Assembly (NCBI GenBank): GCA_000092065.1
Contig: CP000591.1
Strand: one strand, 5' to 3'
DNA from: Ostreococcus lucimarinus
Taxonomy: Eukaryota
Length of the DNA: 64,000 nucleotides
Part shown: one piece after another, positions 27,281 to 37,612 of the stretch
Position numbering within the stretch: position 1 is the stretch's first letter
How the letters are laid out: each line of letters opens with the position of its first letter
The notes under the pieces: model-generated
What the model was told of the DNA's origin: nothing
Databases searched by the model: none
What the model saw: only the letters and a program-made list of their open reading frames with translations
Program-made: the position numbers and the translations under genes

Positions 27281-29881
27281 ATGTCCATAGCTGCGTGGTC
27301 CACCGCGCGCGACGCCGCGACCGCGTTCGCCGCGCGCGACGCCCTCGTCCCGATCGACGACGCCGCGCGCGCCGCGTTCGCCGAACTGCGGTCGCAGCGC
27401 TGCGAAGACTTGCTCGAGCGCGCGTTTCTCCGCGCGTTCGAGCGCGCGCTGCGCGACGACGCGCTCCCGCGATGGCGCGAAGCGTGCGCGATGCCGTCGT
27501 CGATCGACGCGGGCGCGCTGGAGCGGACGAACGCGGAGGAGAGGGACGAAGAGGAGGAGGAGACGCGCGCGCGCGCCGAGGGGTGGACGCGAGCGGAGGC
27601 GGCGCCGGCGACGACGGCGTTCGCGGAGTGGATCGAAAGAGGGCGCGAACGCGCGCGAGCGTTCAGCGCGGGCGTGCGGGGGGTGAGTGAGGACGATGAC
27701 GCGGTGCGGACGTTCGAACGGGCGTTCGATGCGATGGTGGGAGGAACGTGCGCGGCGCGGGGACCGCCGCGGTTGTCGGCGATTTTGAGCGCGTGGTACA
27801 GAGCGAGAGCGCGGGAGTTTGATCACGCCGTGCGTAAGAGGTGGGGGGAGACGAGCGATGATGACGAGAACGATAGGATGGAGACGAGCGTACTCGAGCG
27901 GCAGAGCTCGATCGGGGCGGATATAGCGAGTTGTGGCGAGGTCATGGGGAGGGCGTGGGCGGCGGAGACGAGCGCGATGGGCGAAACGTTGGCGCGATGT
28001 CACGCGTCGTTGGGACGAGTGGCGGAAAATGCGGCGGCTCGGGCGTTAGGAGAGTGTGTGAAGCGACATGTCATTCGTCGCTGTCGCGGTGCGTTCGATG
28101 CGCCGAAGCTGTGGCCGACGTTACGATGGGTTCGAGCGGTGCCGCTCGAGTTTTTCAAGACGGCACTGCGATTAAAGCGCGTCGACGGCGCGGCAATCGA
28201 GTCTTGGCGCGGGCGATTAGAATACACCGTGCACGAACACCTCGGCGCGCTGCGCATTCACGAGCTGTTCGACATTATTGTCGACTATCCTGACTCTTTG
28301 CCCGCGATTACGGATTTGCGCACGTGTTTACAAAACACGACGCTACACGCGGCGCTCGTGGACTCGTTCGTCGACGCGATGCGGTCACGTTTACTCCACG
28401 CCGGCGCTTCGACGGTAGACATCGTGCAGCAGTACATCGGTACGATCAAAACTCTGCTCGAGCTTGACCCTTCGGGCGTCGTCCTCGAACTCGTGAGCGG
28501 GCCCGTGAAGGAATACTTGCGCGAGCGCAAAGATACCATTCGCTGTGTTGTGACGATGCTCACTGATGACGGCGGTGAAGACGGCGGCGAAGGCGGCGAA
28601 GGCGCACTTTACGTTGAGCTCGGTCGTCTCGCACGAGGAGAAAGCATAGAAATCGCCGAGTCGAGCGTGCCAGCGCCGAATCCAAACGCCACTGTGAGCG
28701 GAACAGACAACTTGGACCGAATGGACAGCATCACGGCTGAGATGGTCGCCATCGCCGCCGGAGCGAACGATGACGATCTAGCCGACGGTGTGCAGTCAAC
28801 ACAGCAAGTTCTGTCGGGCTGGGACGCATGGGAGCCCGAGCCCGTGGAGACGGAGGCCGCGGCGAGTCGCGGACGTCGACGCAAAGCGGGAGACATCATC
28901 GGTCTTCTGGTCGGCATTTACGGCTCAAAGGAACTCTTCATCAACGAGTATCGTACCATGCTCGCGGAAAAACTATTGAGCAAGTCGAATTACGATACTG
29001 AGCGTGAAATGCACGCGTTGGAGTTGTTGAAGCTTCGATTCGGTGAGACGAGCTTGCACAACTGCGAAGTCATGCTCAAAGATTTCGCCGACAGTAAGCG
29101 CGCCAACGCCAACATCAAGACGCGTCCGACGACGGGTACTCCGTCCGCGAAGGACAGACGCACGAGTGATATTTTGATACAGACGCCCGTTGAGGCGACG
29201 ATCGTGTCATCGTTGTTCTGGCCCGCGTTCTCGACCGATTTGACCGATTTCAAACTCCCCACAGAGATTCAAGAACACATGGATGCGTACGCGAGACGAT
29301 ATCATCAAATCAAGGCGCCGCGTAAAATGGAATGGAAGGCTTCTCTTGGTACGGTGGTCATGGACGTCACGCACAACGATCGAACGTTCGAGGCGAGCGT
29401 GAATCCCCTGCAGGCGGCGATTTTGCATTACTTCCAACGAGAGAAAGTTTGGCGAGCGAATGATTTAGCGAACGCCTTGGGCGTGAGCGTGGACGCTCTG
29501 CGCAAACGTATAGTCATTTGGATGAACAACGGCGTGCTCGTCGAGCGAAAGGAAGGGCATGTCATATCATACGCGCTCGCGGAACCTTCGGATGAAGTCG
29601 ACGCCATGGATGGCGTACACGACGACGATGAGCACGTCAGCGGCGTCGCGACGGCGGAGGAAACCGCCGCGGCGGGAATGATGGTGTACGAGCAATACAT
29701 CATGGGTATGCTGACCAATTTCCCGAGCCTACCGCTCGATCGCATCCATAATATGCTGAAAATGTTCGTCGTCGAACCTGTGTACGATAAAACCGTGGCA
29801 GAGCTCGAGGGTTTCTTGTTAGAACTCGTCGCGCAGGATAAACTCGCGATGGATGGTTCGGCGTTCGCGAAGAAAAAGTAA
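27281..29881 (+). CDS. APC2: Anaphase-promoting complex subunit 2 (cullin-homology protein).
   Basis: Cullin-homology region: IIGLLVGIYGSKELFINEYRTMLAEKLL...LELLKLRFGE. APC2 winged-helix C-terminus: QAAILHYFQREKVWRANDLANALGVSVDALRKRIVIWMNNGVL...EPVYDKTVAELEGFLLELVAQDKL. Confidence 0.85.
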   Translation: MSIAAWSTARDAATAFAARDALVPIDDAARAAFAELRSQRCEDLLERAFLRAFERALRDDALPRWREACAMPSSIDAGALERTNAEERDEEEEETRARAEGWTRAEAAPATTAFAEWIERGRERARAFSAGVRGVSEDDDAVRTFERAFDAMVGGTCAARGPPRLSAILSAWYRARAREFDHAVRKRWGETSDDDENDRMETSVLERQSSIGADIASCGEVMGRAWAAETSAMGETLARCHASLGRVAENAAARALGECVKRHVIRRCRGAFDAPKLWPTLRWVRAVPLEFFKTALRLKRVDGAAIESWRGRLEYTVHEHLGALRIHELFDIIVDYPDSLPAITDLRTCLQNTTLHAALVDSFVDAMRSRLLHAGASTVDIVQQYIGTIKTLLELDPSGVVLELVSGPVKEYLRERKDTIRCVVTMLTDDGGEDGGEGGEGALYVELGRLARGESIEIAESSVPAPNPNATVSGTDNLDRMDSITAEMVAIAAGANDDDLADGVQSTQQVLSGWDAWEPEPVETEAAASRGRRRKAGDIIGLLVGIYGSKELFINEYRTMLAEKLLSKSNYDTEREMHALELLKLRFGETSLHNCEVMLKDFADSKRANANIKTRPTTGTPSAKDRRTSDILIQTPVEATIVSSLFWPAFSTDLTDFKLPTEIQEHMDAYARRYHQIKAPRKMEWKASLGTVVMDVTHNDRTFEASVNPLQAAILHYFQREKVWRANDLANALGVSVDALRKRIVIWMNNGVLVERKEGHVISYALAEPSDEVDAMDGVHDDDEHVSGVATAEETAAAGMMVYEQYIMGMLTNFPSLPLDRIHNMLKMFVVEPVYDKTVAELEGFLLELVAQDKLAMDGSAFAKKK

Positions 29882-30027
29882 ATAGTGATCACGACGGATC
29901 CGCGTTATAGATAATACAACAGATTAGCAACATATACGATGCGTCGCAGCGGGCGGGCGTGTGTGCGTGGTCGTTTCATGATTTTCTTGTTTGTTGCTTC
30001 TCGAGGCTCGCTCTTCGGCTTGCTCGC

Positions 30028-30831
30028 CTACTTGTCGTCCAACACCGGGAAACCCTTCATCTCCTTTATTTGCCTCAACTGGTCTTCGTTCAAGTTCTCT
30101 TTGATTTGACGCCCGATTTGCGTCTGTTCGAGCGCTAAATCCAAGCTCCATTCGCTCGGCGACGGCTTTTCGTTTTGACTCGGCGGCAAGCGGCTCAGCA
30201 TGACCTCGTAAAGCATCTTCCCATCCATGATGATCGGAAAGAAGTGCGGCTGTCCATCGCTCTTTGTCTGCGTCTCCTTAAAGTACACCAAGCACGGAAA
30301 TCCCGGCCACCAGAACTCCCAATTCGTGATGGTGTCGTACGCCCAGCGATTCTCCCCGCCGCCCTGCAGTTTATTATCGCCGCTCGACGCCACGTCCGTC
30401 GCCAGCGCCGCCGAGTCATCCGCCCCCGGTTCGATGAACACCACCTCCAGATCCGTTCGCGTGAACCGAAATCGCACGCGCGACGCCTGAAACGCGAGAA
30501 ATCCGCCCAGGACCCCGTGCACCAAGAACTGCGTCCAGAGGTGCAGCGCCGGTCCCGTGAGCAGCGCGACGCCGAGCAGCACGCCGCCGACGCGATAGTC
30601 CCCCGGCACGACCACGACGTCGTCATCGAGCGACGACGCGCGCGTCGCGACGCTCGCGCGCGCGCGCGCCGCCGTCCTCGGTCGGATCGATTCGATTTCG
30701 ATCGTTCGCCGAACGCCAACCGTCGCGCGTTTGAGCGCCAACGCGTCGCGCGCGCGCGCGCCGCGCCCCGTTCGACGCGCGCACGCGTTCAAGGGCGCGC
30801 TCGCGCGCGCGAGTGCGGACGCGCAGCGCAT
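30028..30831 (-). CDS. Conserved plastid/cyanobacterial-type membrane protein (possibly DUF3119-like) with a transit-peptide-like N-terminus.
   Basis: ATG at 30831 ([20 protein letters not shown]...). Two TM helices: GGVLLGVALLTGPALHLWTQFLVHGVLGGFLAF. Conserved-looking ITNWEFWWPGFPCLVYFKETQTKSDGQPHFFPII. Confidence 0.5.
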   Translation of the reverse strand: MRCASALARASAPLNACARRTGRGARARDALALKRATVGVRRTIEIESIRPRTAARARASVATRASSLDDDVVVVPGDYRVGGVLLGVALLTGPALHLWTQFLVHGVLGGFLAFQASRVRFRFTRTDLEVVFIEPGADDSAALATDVASSGDNKLQGGGENRWAYDTITNWEFWWPGFPCLVYFKETQTKSDGQPHFFPIIMDGKMLYEVMLSRLPPSQNEKPSPSEWSLDLALEQTQIGRQIKENLNEDQLRQIKEMKGFPVLDDK

Positions 30832-30909
30832 GGTTCGCTCGCGGACGCGCGATGCGCGGCGAGATGTGCGGCGCGGTCGGTCGGTCGCCGTCAGTCCGCG
30901 ACGCGCGAC

Positions 30910-32241
30910 ATGGCGTCGCGCGGCGCGGCGATGGCGCGCGCGGCGCTCGGCGTCGTCGACGCGAACGCGAACGCGCGCGCGCGCGCGCGGGACGACGGCG
31001 CGGGCGATCGAGCGGCGAAGAGGGCGGCGGGACGGGACGACGGCGGCGCGGGGTGTTTGAATTCAAACTCGAGCGCGACGAAACGACGGCGGAGCGACGC
31101 GGGAAGGCGCGCGGACGACGCGCGGGACGCGAGGGAGGAGGACAAACGTAGCGCGCGAGCGTCCGGGGCGAACGAGGTCGCGCGGGCGACGACGGGGGAG
31201 GCGGTGGCGGCGAATGAACGACAGAGGCTGCCGAAAAAGTTTGAAACGCTGCGAGCGACGAGCGAGGCGGCGTTGGTCGTCGCGCGATTCATGCGCGCGC
31301 GAGGGCAGAGGGCGACCGCGGATGCGATGTGTGCGAATATTGAGCGATCGACGGGGCGGCGGTGCTCGTTGGAGACGTTGCGGATGGTGGCGGCGTGCGC
31401 GCCGGCGGGGACGATTACGTTTCGAGCGAAGACGAGTCGGGCGGATGATTTGAAGAACATTCACGTGGATGTGGATTTAGGCATCGAGGAGGGATCGAGT
31501 GGGAACGATAAGGCTGGGATGGTCGCCATGCGGGCGAAAATGGCGGCGATACGGGCGAAGATGGTTATGATTGTGGCGAACACGCACGAAGGCGACGCGT
31601 ACGACGCCTCGGCGGCGCCGCCAGAGTCGTGGCGCGAGGATTTCGATCTCGAAAGCGTCCCTCTGCCCGAACCGGTGAAAATCGCGTTCATGGAAGATTC
31701 ATCGAGAGACGGTCCGCGACTGTTATCGTCCACGAGCGCGCCGTTGCTCGGCGAAGCGTCGACCTCGGCGCTCGGTCGCGGCGGCGTGAGCGAAGGAGAG
31801 CTCACGCGCGCCATGTCAGATTTGGGTCCGGACGGTAAAGGCATCTCCGCGCGCGCCGTTCAAGCCGTGCTTGAGCGACAAGCCATCGTCGAGGCGTTCA
31901 ATGATCCCAGCGCCGTGGCTGATCGCGAGCGGCGTCGTCTGCACGGTCGACTTCCGCACGTCTTCGACGCCGTGCGCACCGCCTTCGCCGCGCGCAAGCG
32001 AAGCGTCATGGAACTCGACCCACTTCTGGACGAGCTGATGCACACGAACGCTCGCGCCGAGATCAGCGCGCACGAACTCGCCGACGGTGTTCGCATCCTC
32101 GCTCGGATGTGCCCCGAGTGGTGCACCATCGTTCACGCGCGGCACGGGGACGAAGAACTCTTTCGAATCGTCTCTCGCGACCCGGCGACGGCTCGCGTCG
32201 CGCGCGCCAAACTCGCCAAGCTCTGCCGTGACGCCGCGTGA
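30910..32241 (+). CDS. CDT1: CDT1-like DNA replication licensing factor (middle and C-terminal winged-helix domains).
   Basis: ATG at 30910. LPKKFETLRATSEAALVVARFMRARGQRATADAMCANIERSTGRRCSLETLRMVAACAPAGTITFR resembles the Cdt1 middle domain. C-terminus ...LDPLLDELMH...ELADGVRILARMCPEWCTIV resembles Cdt1_C. The ORF track extends it upstream to 30175. Confidence 0.6.
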   Translation: MASRGAAMARAALGVVDANANARARARDDGAGDRAAKRAAGRDDGGAGCLNSNSSATKRRRSDAGRRADDARDAREEDKRSARASGANEVARATTGEAVAANERQRLPKKFETLRATSEAALVVARFMRARGQRATADAMCANIERSTGRRCSLETLRMVAACAPAGTITFRAKTSRADDLKNIHVDVDLGIEEGSSGNDKAGMVAMRAKMAAIRAKMVMIVANTHEGDAYDASAAPPESWREDFDLESVPLPEPVKIAFMEDSSRDGPRLLSSTSAPLLGEASTSALGRGGVSEGELTRAMSDLGPDGKGISARAVQAVLERQAIVEAFNDPSAVADRERRRLHGRLPHVFDAVRTAFAARKRSVMELDPLLDELMHTNARAEISAHELADGVRILARMCPEWCTIVHARHGDEELFRIVSRDPATARVARAKLAKLCRDAA

Positions 32242-32505
32242 GCGTCGCGACGCAATATAGATTTTCACGCGTACAAATATTTCAGATATAGAATTTTTCA
32301 TCGACGTCCACTTTCCACGCGCTGCCCGTCGCCGTCGTCTCCCGCCCGCGAGCCGTCGGCGCGCCGCCCTAATTCAATCAACTTCACTTCACCGCGCACG
32401 GACGCGAGTGCGGTCGCGGGTCTAACTCGCTCCAGAGGTTGAAACGCGCGCGCACCGCGTCCTCGATCGCACGTCGCGCGCTATAACGCCTCACGCGCCG
32501 CGAAC

Positions 32506-32558
32506 ATGGACCCTTTGCGTTTGATTAGAGATCATACCATCGCCGGTATAATCGCCGA
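32506..32558 (+). CDS. CDC73: CDC73/parafibromin exon 1.
   Basis: ATG at 32506. MDPLRLIRDHTIAGIIA aligns with human MADVLSVLRQYNIQ. GTGCGT donor at 32559. Intron 32559-32662 (104 nt), phase 2. Confidence 0.55.
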
Positions 32559-32662
32559 GTGCGTCCTCGACGCGCCGCCGCTCACGCGCTCACGCGCCGC
32601 GCGCCGCGCGGAAACGGTTCGAACGCGCGCGACTGACGATGGGCGCTCGAAACGGGACGTAG
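32559..32662 (+). other. Spliceosomal intron (104 nt) in CDC73, GTGCGT...TAG.
   Basis: It joins the MDPLRLIRDH exon to the IHLKDVDVEL exon in phase 2. Both sides align to parafibromin. Confidence 0.55.
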
Positions 32663-33953
32663 GTCGACGCACGACGATGAAAGGATTCACCTGAAGGATG
32701 TCGACGTCGAGCTCCGGCGGACGACGGAGACGAATTACAGATCCAAGGCTGGGAACAAGCTGCTGAAGGTGGAGGCGATATGGTATTTCATCAAGTATCA
32801 CGTTGCGAACCCCGACGCGGCGCACACGGCTTACATGAAGGCGGCGATCGCGGCGGGGTTCTCGACGCTGTCTATGTTGGATCGGAAAGATTTGATCGCG
32901 TACTTGACGGGGGAGCGAGCTACGAGCGATCGAATCGATATCACCGTGCCGGTGATCGTGGATGAGGAGGGTGTGTCGACGGTTGACGCGAAACGCGCGC
33001 GCGAGGAAGACGAGGCGGAAGGCGTGCCGCGAGAGCGCGTGTTAAGAGATAGGAACTCAGTGCTTCGCGCGCCGAAGGATATGACGAGCGTGTTGGATTT
33101 CTTCGCGGCGCCGGAGGAGGAGAAGGAACGTTTAGAAGAGGAGAAGCAGCAGGCGGCTGATTTAGCCAAGGGGATTAAAAACCAGAGATATCGCGACGTG
33201 AAGGAGCAGGTGTTTTGGAGAGAGCACGTCGGGAGCGACTTTGATATGATGAATTTGGACACCAATGCGTCCTTCTTGAGTGGGCCCAAGCCACCCGTAG
33301 ACGACGGCACCGACATGTTGATGACGGACGCACGCGCGATGGAAAAACAGCCGACCGCACCGAGCGGTCCGTCGACTGCGAGTCGTGGAGGACCCGCTGC
33401 GGCCGCCAAGGCTCCGCGCAAGACATCAGGCAAACCGGGCGGCGTCCCGATCATCATCGTCCCCGCCGGGTTCAATCAAAAGGTCGTTCTCAACATGTTC
33501 AACGCCAAGGAGTTCTTGCAGGACGGCAAGTTTACGCAGTGGGATGTGGTGCAAAAAGGCGGCGCTAAAAAGTCAAGCTCCGTGTACATTTCGCGCACGT
33601 ACAAGCGCGACGGCGCCAAGGTCAAGTACGAAGTCACCGAAAAAGCCCCTCACAAACGTTCCGAAGACTGGGCCCGCGTCGCCGCGGTCTTCGTCCTCGG
33701 TGCTAAGTGGCAATTCAAAGACTGGCCCTTCCGCGGCGTCGAAGACGGTGATCTCGTCGAAACCTTCACCAAGATTCGCGGCTTTCACGCCCGCTTTGAC
33801 GGCGATCCCGAAGTCGACGTCGTCAAGACCTGGAACGTCAAGCCCATCACCATCAGTCGCACCAAGCGTCACGGCGATCGCGCCGCGTTCGAGTTCTTCT
33901 GGGACGAGCTCGATCGTCACCTCGCCCTTCGTAGCAGCGCCTTGAAGTATTAA
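32663..33953 (+). CDS. CDC73: CDC73/parafibromin (Paf1 complex) exon 2.
   Basis: After the acceptor ...GGGACGTAG| the sequence reads ESTHDDERIHLKDVDVEL...TETNYRSKAG...AIWYFIKYHV...DRKDLIAYLTGE. This aligns with KKEIVVKGDEVIF...KTNYVVWGTG...DRKDLLGYLNGE. C-terminal Ras-like domain: PIIIVPAGFNQKVVLNMFNAKEFLQDGKF. Confidence 0.85.
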
Positions 33954-34435
33954 TCGCCGCGTCCGCGGACGCGGACGCTTCCAAACGAAAACCCATCCCA
34001 AGTCGCTCACCTCGCGTCGCCGCGCGCGCGTGGTGACGTCGCGCCCCCGACGTCGACATCGCGCACACCGCGTCGCGCGCGACCGTCCGTCGCGCGTCGT
34101 CCGCTCGCAAACCGACGCGAGTTTTTCTCACCGTCCACCGCTCGCGCGCCCGCGCGCGAACGACGCGCGCGCGCCCGCACGGACGCGCGAACGCGACGCG
34201 CGCGCCGGGCGGCGACGAGGGCATCGCGTGACGACGCGCATCGCGACGGTTTTCGCGCGACACGCGCGCGTCGAGCGCGTGCGAAGGCGCGAACGCGCGC
34301 GAGCAGGCGCGCGCGAAGGAACCGCGAGAGTCGGCGCGCGCGGAGAGGCGAGAACCGGCGCGCGCGGGCGAGGAAGGCGCGGTGAAGACGCGGTGAAGGT
34401 TGATCGAATCAAAAAGCGCTCGAACGGGACGCGCG

Positions 34436-36301
34436 ATGGCGACGAAACCGGGCGCGTTGTATGACTTCCCGTGGGCGGAGTGGGGATCGATGAAGTATGC
34501 GGTGTTTTTGCCGTTCGTGGCGACGGTAGCGCTCGGAAAAGACGATGGGGATTCGTTTTGTTGGCACTTGTTGGCGATCGCGGCGCTGCGGTACGCGAGC
34601 GCGCAACTTTGGATAAGCTTGTCGCGAGTGCACGCGTGGACGAGGAAAACGCGGATACAAGCCAGAGGGATCGACTTTAAACAGGTCGATAGGGAGGATA
34701 ATTGGGATGATTACATATTGCTCCAAACGCTGGTGATCGCGCTCGTGCATTGGATGCCGGGATTGGGGTTTAATAATTTCCCGGCGACGAATGAAAAGAC
34801 GGCGGTGCAGCTGTTGTTGTTGCACGCGGGGCCGACTGAGTTCATTTATTATTGGCTGCATCGCGCGTTGCATCATCACAAATTGTACAGTGCGTATCAC
34901 TCGCATCATCACGCGAGCTTTGTCACCGAACCGATCACCGGGAGCGTGCATCCGTTCATGGAGCACTTGATGTACACCGCGAACTTCGCCATTCCGCTCA
35001 TCGGGACGTGGGCGCTCGGCGGCGGCTCCATCGCGATGTTTTACATGTACTTGCTCGGCTTTGACATGCTCAACGCCATCGGGCACTGTAACTTTGAGTT
35101 CATCCCGCGTTGGTTCATGAGACTGCCGCTGATGAAGTACTTGATTTACACGCCGAGCTATCATTCGTTGCACCACTCGCGCGTGCACACAAATTTTTGC
35201 TTGTTCATGCCGCTGTACGACCACGTGTACGGCACAGCGGATGTAACGAGCGACGAGTTGTACGAGAAGGCGATCAATGGGCGGGCGGTACCGGTCACGG
35301 CGCCTGATGTGGTGTTTATGGCCCACGGAACTGAGTTATTGAGCGTGTTCCACTTGCCTTTCATGTTGCGCAGCTTTTCGTCTCGCCCGTTTGTCTCGCA
35401 GTGGTGGCTGAAACCGTTTTGGCCGCTGTGCGTGCCTTTTGTGCTTGTGTTGCGAATGTTCGGCAAATCTTTCGTAGCCGATCGACACCGGCTCAAGACG
35501 TTGAACTGTGAGACGTGGGTGACGCCCGCGTGGGGGTTTCAATTCTTCATCAAGAGTGAATTTAATCACATCAACAGGAAGATTGAGGAGGCGATTTTGG
35601 ACGCCGATCGCGCCGGAGTGAAAGTCGTCGGCTTGGGAGCGCTGAATAAGAACGAGGCGCTAAACGGGGGAGGCGCACTGTTCGTCAACAAGCATGGGAA
35701 GTCTCTGAAGACGAGAGTCGTGCACGGGAACACGCTCACGGCGGCGGCGATTTTACAGAAAATCCCGAGCGAGTGCAAGGAAATTTTCCTCACGGGGGCG
35801 ACGTCCAAACTTGGACGAGCGATCGCTCTTTATTGCGTGGAGAGAGGCATGCGTGTGGTGATGTACACAACGAGCGAAGAGAGGTTCGAAAAGATCAGAA
35901 ATGAAGCGGCGAAGAAGGATCAGCATCTCCTCGTGCAATCTACGTCCCTGAGCGACGGGGCAAAGATAAAGGACTGGGTCATCGGCAAGCACTGCCCGGA
36001 GAAGGATCAAAATATGGCGCCGAGGGGCGCGATATTCCACCAGTTTGTCGTGCCGCCAATCCCCGAAACGCGAAAGGATTGCGTGTACACCGACCTGCCC
36101 GCGTTCAAGCTTCCTAAAGAGGCAAAAGACTTCCGGTCATGCGAGATGACGATGAAGCGTGGTCACATTCACGCGTGCCACGCGGGCGCCCTCGTGCACT
36201 CGCTAGAAGGCTGGGATCACCACGAAGTCGGTGCCATCGACCACACGCGCATAGATACTACTTGGGAAGCGGCGCTGAAGCACGGATTCGCCTTGGCTTA
36301 A
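34436..36301 (+). CDS. CER1/CER3 (ECERIFERUM)-like protein, with a fatty-acid hydroxylase/His-box domain plus a WAX2 C-terminal domain.
   Basis: ATG at 34436. MATKPGALYDFPWAEWGSMKY matches the CER1 N-terminus. NWDDYILLQ also matches. His boxes HRALHHHKLYSAYHSHHH and SYHSLHH. C-terminal NAD(P)-binding-like GLGALNKNE...LTGATSKLGRAIALY. Confidence 0.85.
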   Translation: MATKPGALYDFPWAEWGSMKYAVFLPFVATVALGKDDGDSFCWHLLAIAALRYASAQLWISLSRVHAWTRKTRIQARGIDFKQVDREDNWDDYILLQTLVIALVHWMPGLGFNNFPATNEKTAVQLLLLHAGPTEFIYYWLHRALHHHKLYSAYHSHHHASFVTEPITGSVHPFMEHLMYTANFAIPLIGTWALGGGSIAMFYMYLLGFDMLNAIGHCNFEFIPRWFMRLPLMKYLIYTPSYHSLHHSRVHTNFCLFMPLYDHVYGTADVTSDELYEKAINGRAVPVTAPDVVFMAHGTELLSVFHLPFMLRSFSSRPFVSQWWLKPFWPLCVPFVLVLRMFGKSFVADRHRLKTLNCETWVTPAWGFQFFIKSEFNHINRKIEEAILDADRAGVKVVGLGALNKNEALNGGGALFVNKHGKSLKTRVVHGNTLTAAAILQKIPSECKEIFLTGATSKLGRAIALYCVERGMRVVMYTTSEERFEKIRNEAAKKDQHLLVQSTSLSDGAKIKDWVIGKHCPEKDQNMAPRGAIFHQFVVPPIPETRKDCVYTDLPAFKLPKEAKDFRSCEMTMKRGHIHACHAGALVHSLEGWDHHEVGAIDHTRIDTTWEAALKHGFALA

Positions 36302-36643
36302 GCTTTCACGCTCTTGCATAATTTTTAGGATGACTTCGCCGAGGCTCTCGACATTACAGAGCCGATTCGGGGTTGTCCAGTCGCTCGCTTCACGCGATTT
36401 TGTAGCCATAGGGGCCTGCCCCGCAACTCATTGAAATTTCAACGCTAATGTTAATTCGCGAACGAACGAACGAACGACGGACGGGTCGAAATGCGCGTTT
36501 GCGCGACGCGCCCGCTACGTCGAAAACCTCAGGCGAGGGCTTTACTTTACTGGCCTGCGTTTGTGACTGAATGAATGATTTTATTTAAACAAAGTCCAAA
36601 GAGCTATACTTTACTTTATCTCAAGCTACTAGAGGCGGCAAAG

Positions 36644-37051
36644 CTAGTTGGCGAGCACTTCGCCCGTTTTCTTCAACACGCGAACCTTCTTGCCTCCCTC
36701 TTCCTTCGTGCCGATGCGCGACCGGACGGACTTCGCCTCGCTGTAGTGCATCACGTTGGAGTGATGAATCGGGAACTCACGCTGAATAATTTGTCCCGTC
36801 TCGCCTTCGCCGCGCGGCTTGACGTGCTTCGTCTTCACGTTAACATCCTTGCAGAGCACCTCCCCGGTCTTGGTGAAGACTTCCACCACGTTCGTCACCT
36901 TGCCTTTATCCGCCCCCGCGATGACGACGACCTTGTCGTTCGTCTTCACGTGCATCGGGATGCGCACCGGAAGTCCACGCGGCGTGAGCGCTTGCTTTTC
37001 CCACTTCTTCTTCGCCACGATTTCCATGCCGCTTCGGCGCGCCGCGGGCAC
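36644..37051 (-). CDS. RPL24: Plastid-type (bacterial uL24) ribosomal protein L24, nuclear-encoded. Only the mature part was found; the upstream transit-peptide exon is unresolved.
   Basis: KKKWEKQALTPRGLPVRIPMHVKTNDKVVVIAGADKGKVTNVVEV...VNVKTKHVKP...GQIIQREFPIHHSNVMHY matches chloroplast RPL24 (KRWERKECKPNSLPKLHKMHVKVGD...KTKHVK...GQII...IHSSNVM). The in-frame TAG at 37066-37064 is a candidate acceptor. Confidence 0.75.
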   Translation of the reverse strand: MPAARRSGMEIVAKKKWEKQALTPRGLPVRIPMHVKTNDKVVVIAGADKGKVTNVVEVFTKTGEVLCKDVNVKTKHVKPRGEGETGQIIQREFPIHHSNVMHYSEAKSVRSRIGTKEEGGKKVRVLKKTGEVLAN

Positions 37052-37612
37052 CGGGCTCGAGACCTACGTCGTTCGCGTCGTGCGCGTCTGTCAGTCGTCG
37101 CTCGGGGGTGCTGATTCTAGCCTCAATCGCTTTTCCACCCTTCTCACGTCTCGCACGCGTCCCGCGCGCCACCGCACTGGACGCGTCGACGCGATTAATA
37201 CGCATCCACCGCGTACTCGTCACGGCGTCATCATAGCGCGTCGCGCGTCGTCGTCGTCGTCGCTGACGCTTCGCGCGCGCGTAAACCTAGGGCTTCGCGG
37301 TCGTCGCGATGCGTCGGCTCTATCGTCGCGCGCGACGCGCGCGGCAGCTCATCGACGACGCACCTTGTTAGAAGAAATAGCATTCGCGTTGAACGCGGCG
37401 TGGCGCGCCGAGAGGGCGTGAGAAGCCAACATGTCGACGCGGTGTTCAATGCGGCGTGACGTGGCGACGGCGGAGGGGTGTCGAAGGGCTGTAATCCGTG
37501 TTTTAAGTGGGATGCGCGCGAGACTGGACGCGTCGACGACGCGCAGACGACGCGGGCGCGGTTCGAGGGCTAGATTGCTATGAAAGACAATGTTTCTAGG
37601 ACGTCGCGTCGC

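Noticed and set aside
26873-28003. A 376-aa minus-strand Arg-rich ORF, plus 26566-27690 (+) in another frame.
   Set aside because: Both overlap the well-supported UAA-transporter and APC2 genes. They are poly-Arg/Pro low-complexity antisense or off-frame translations.
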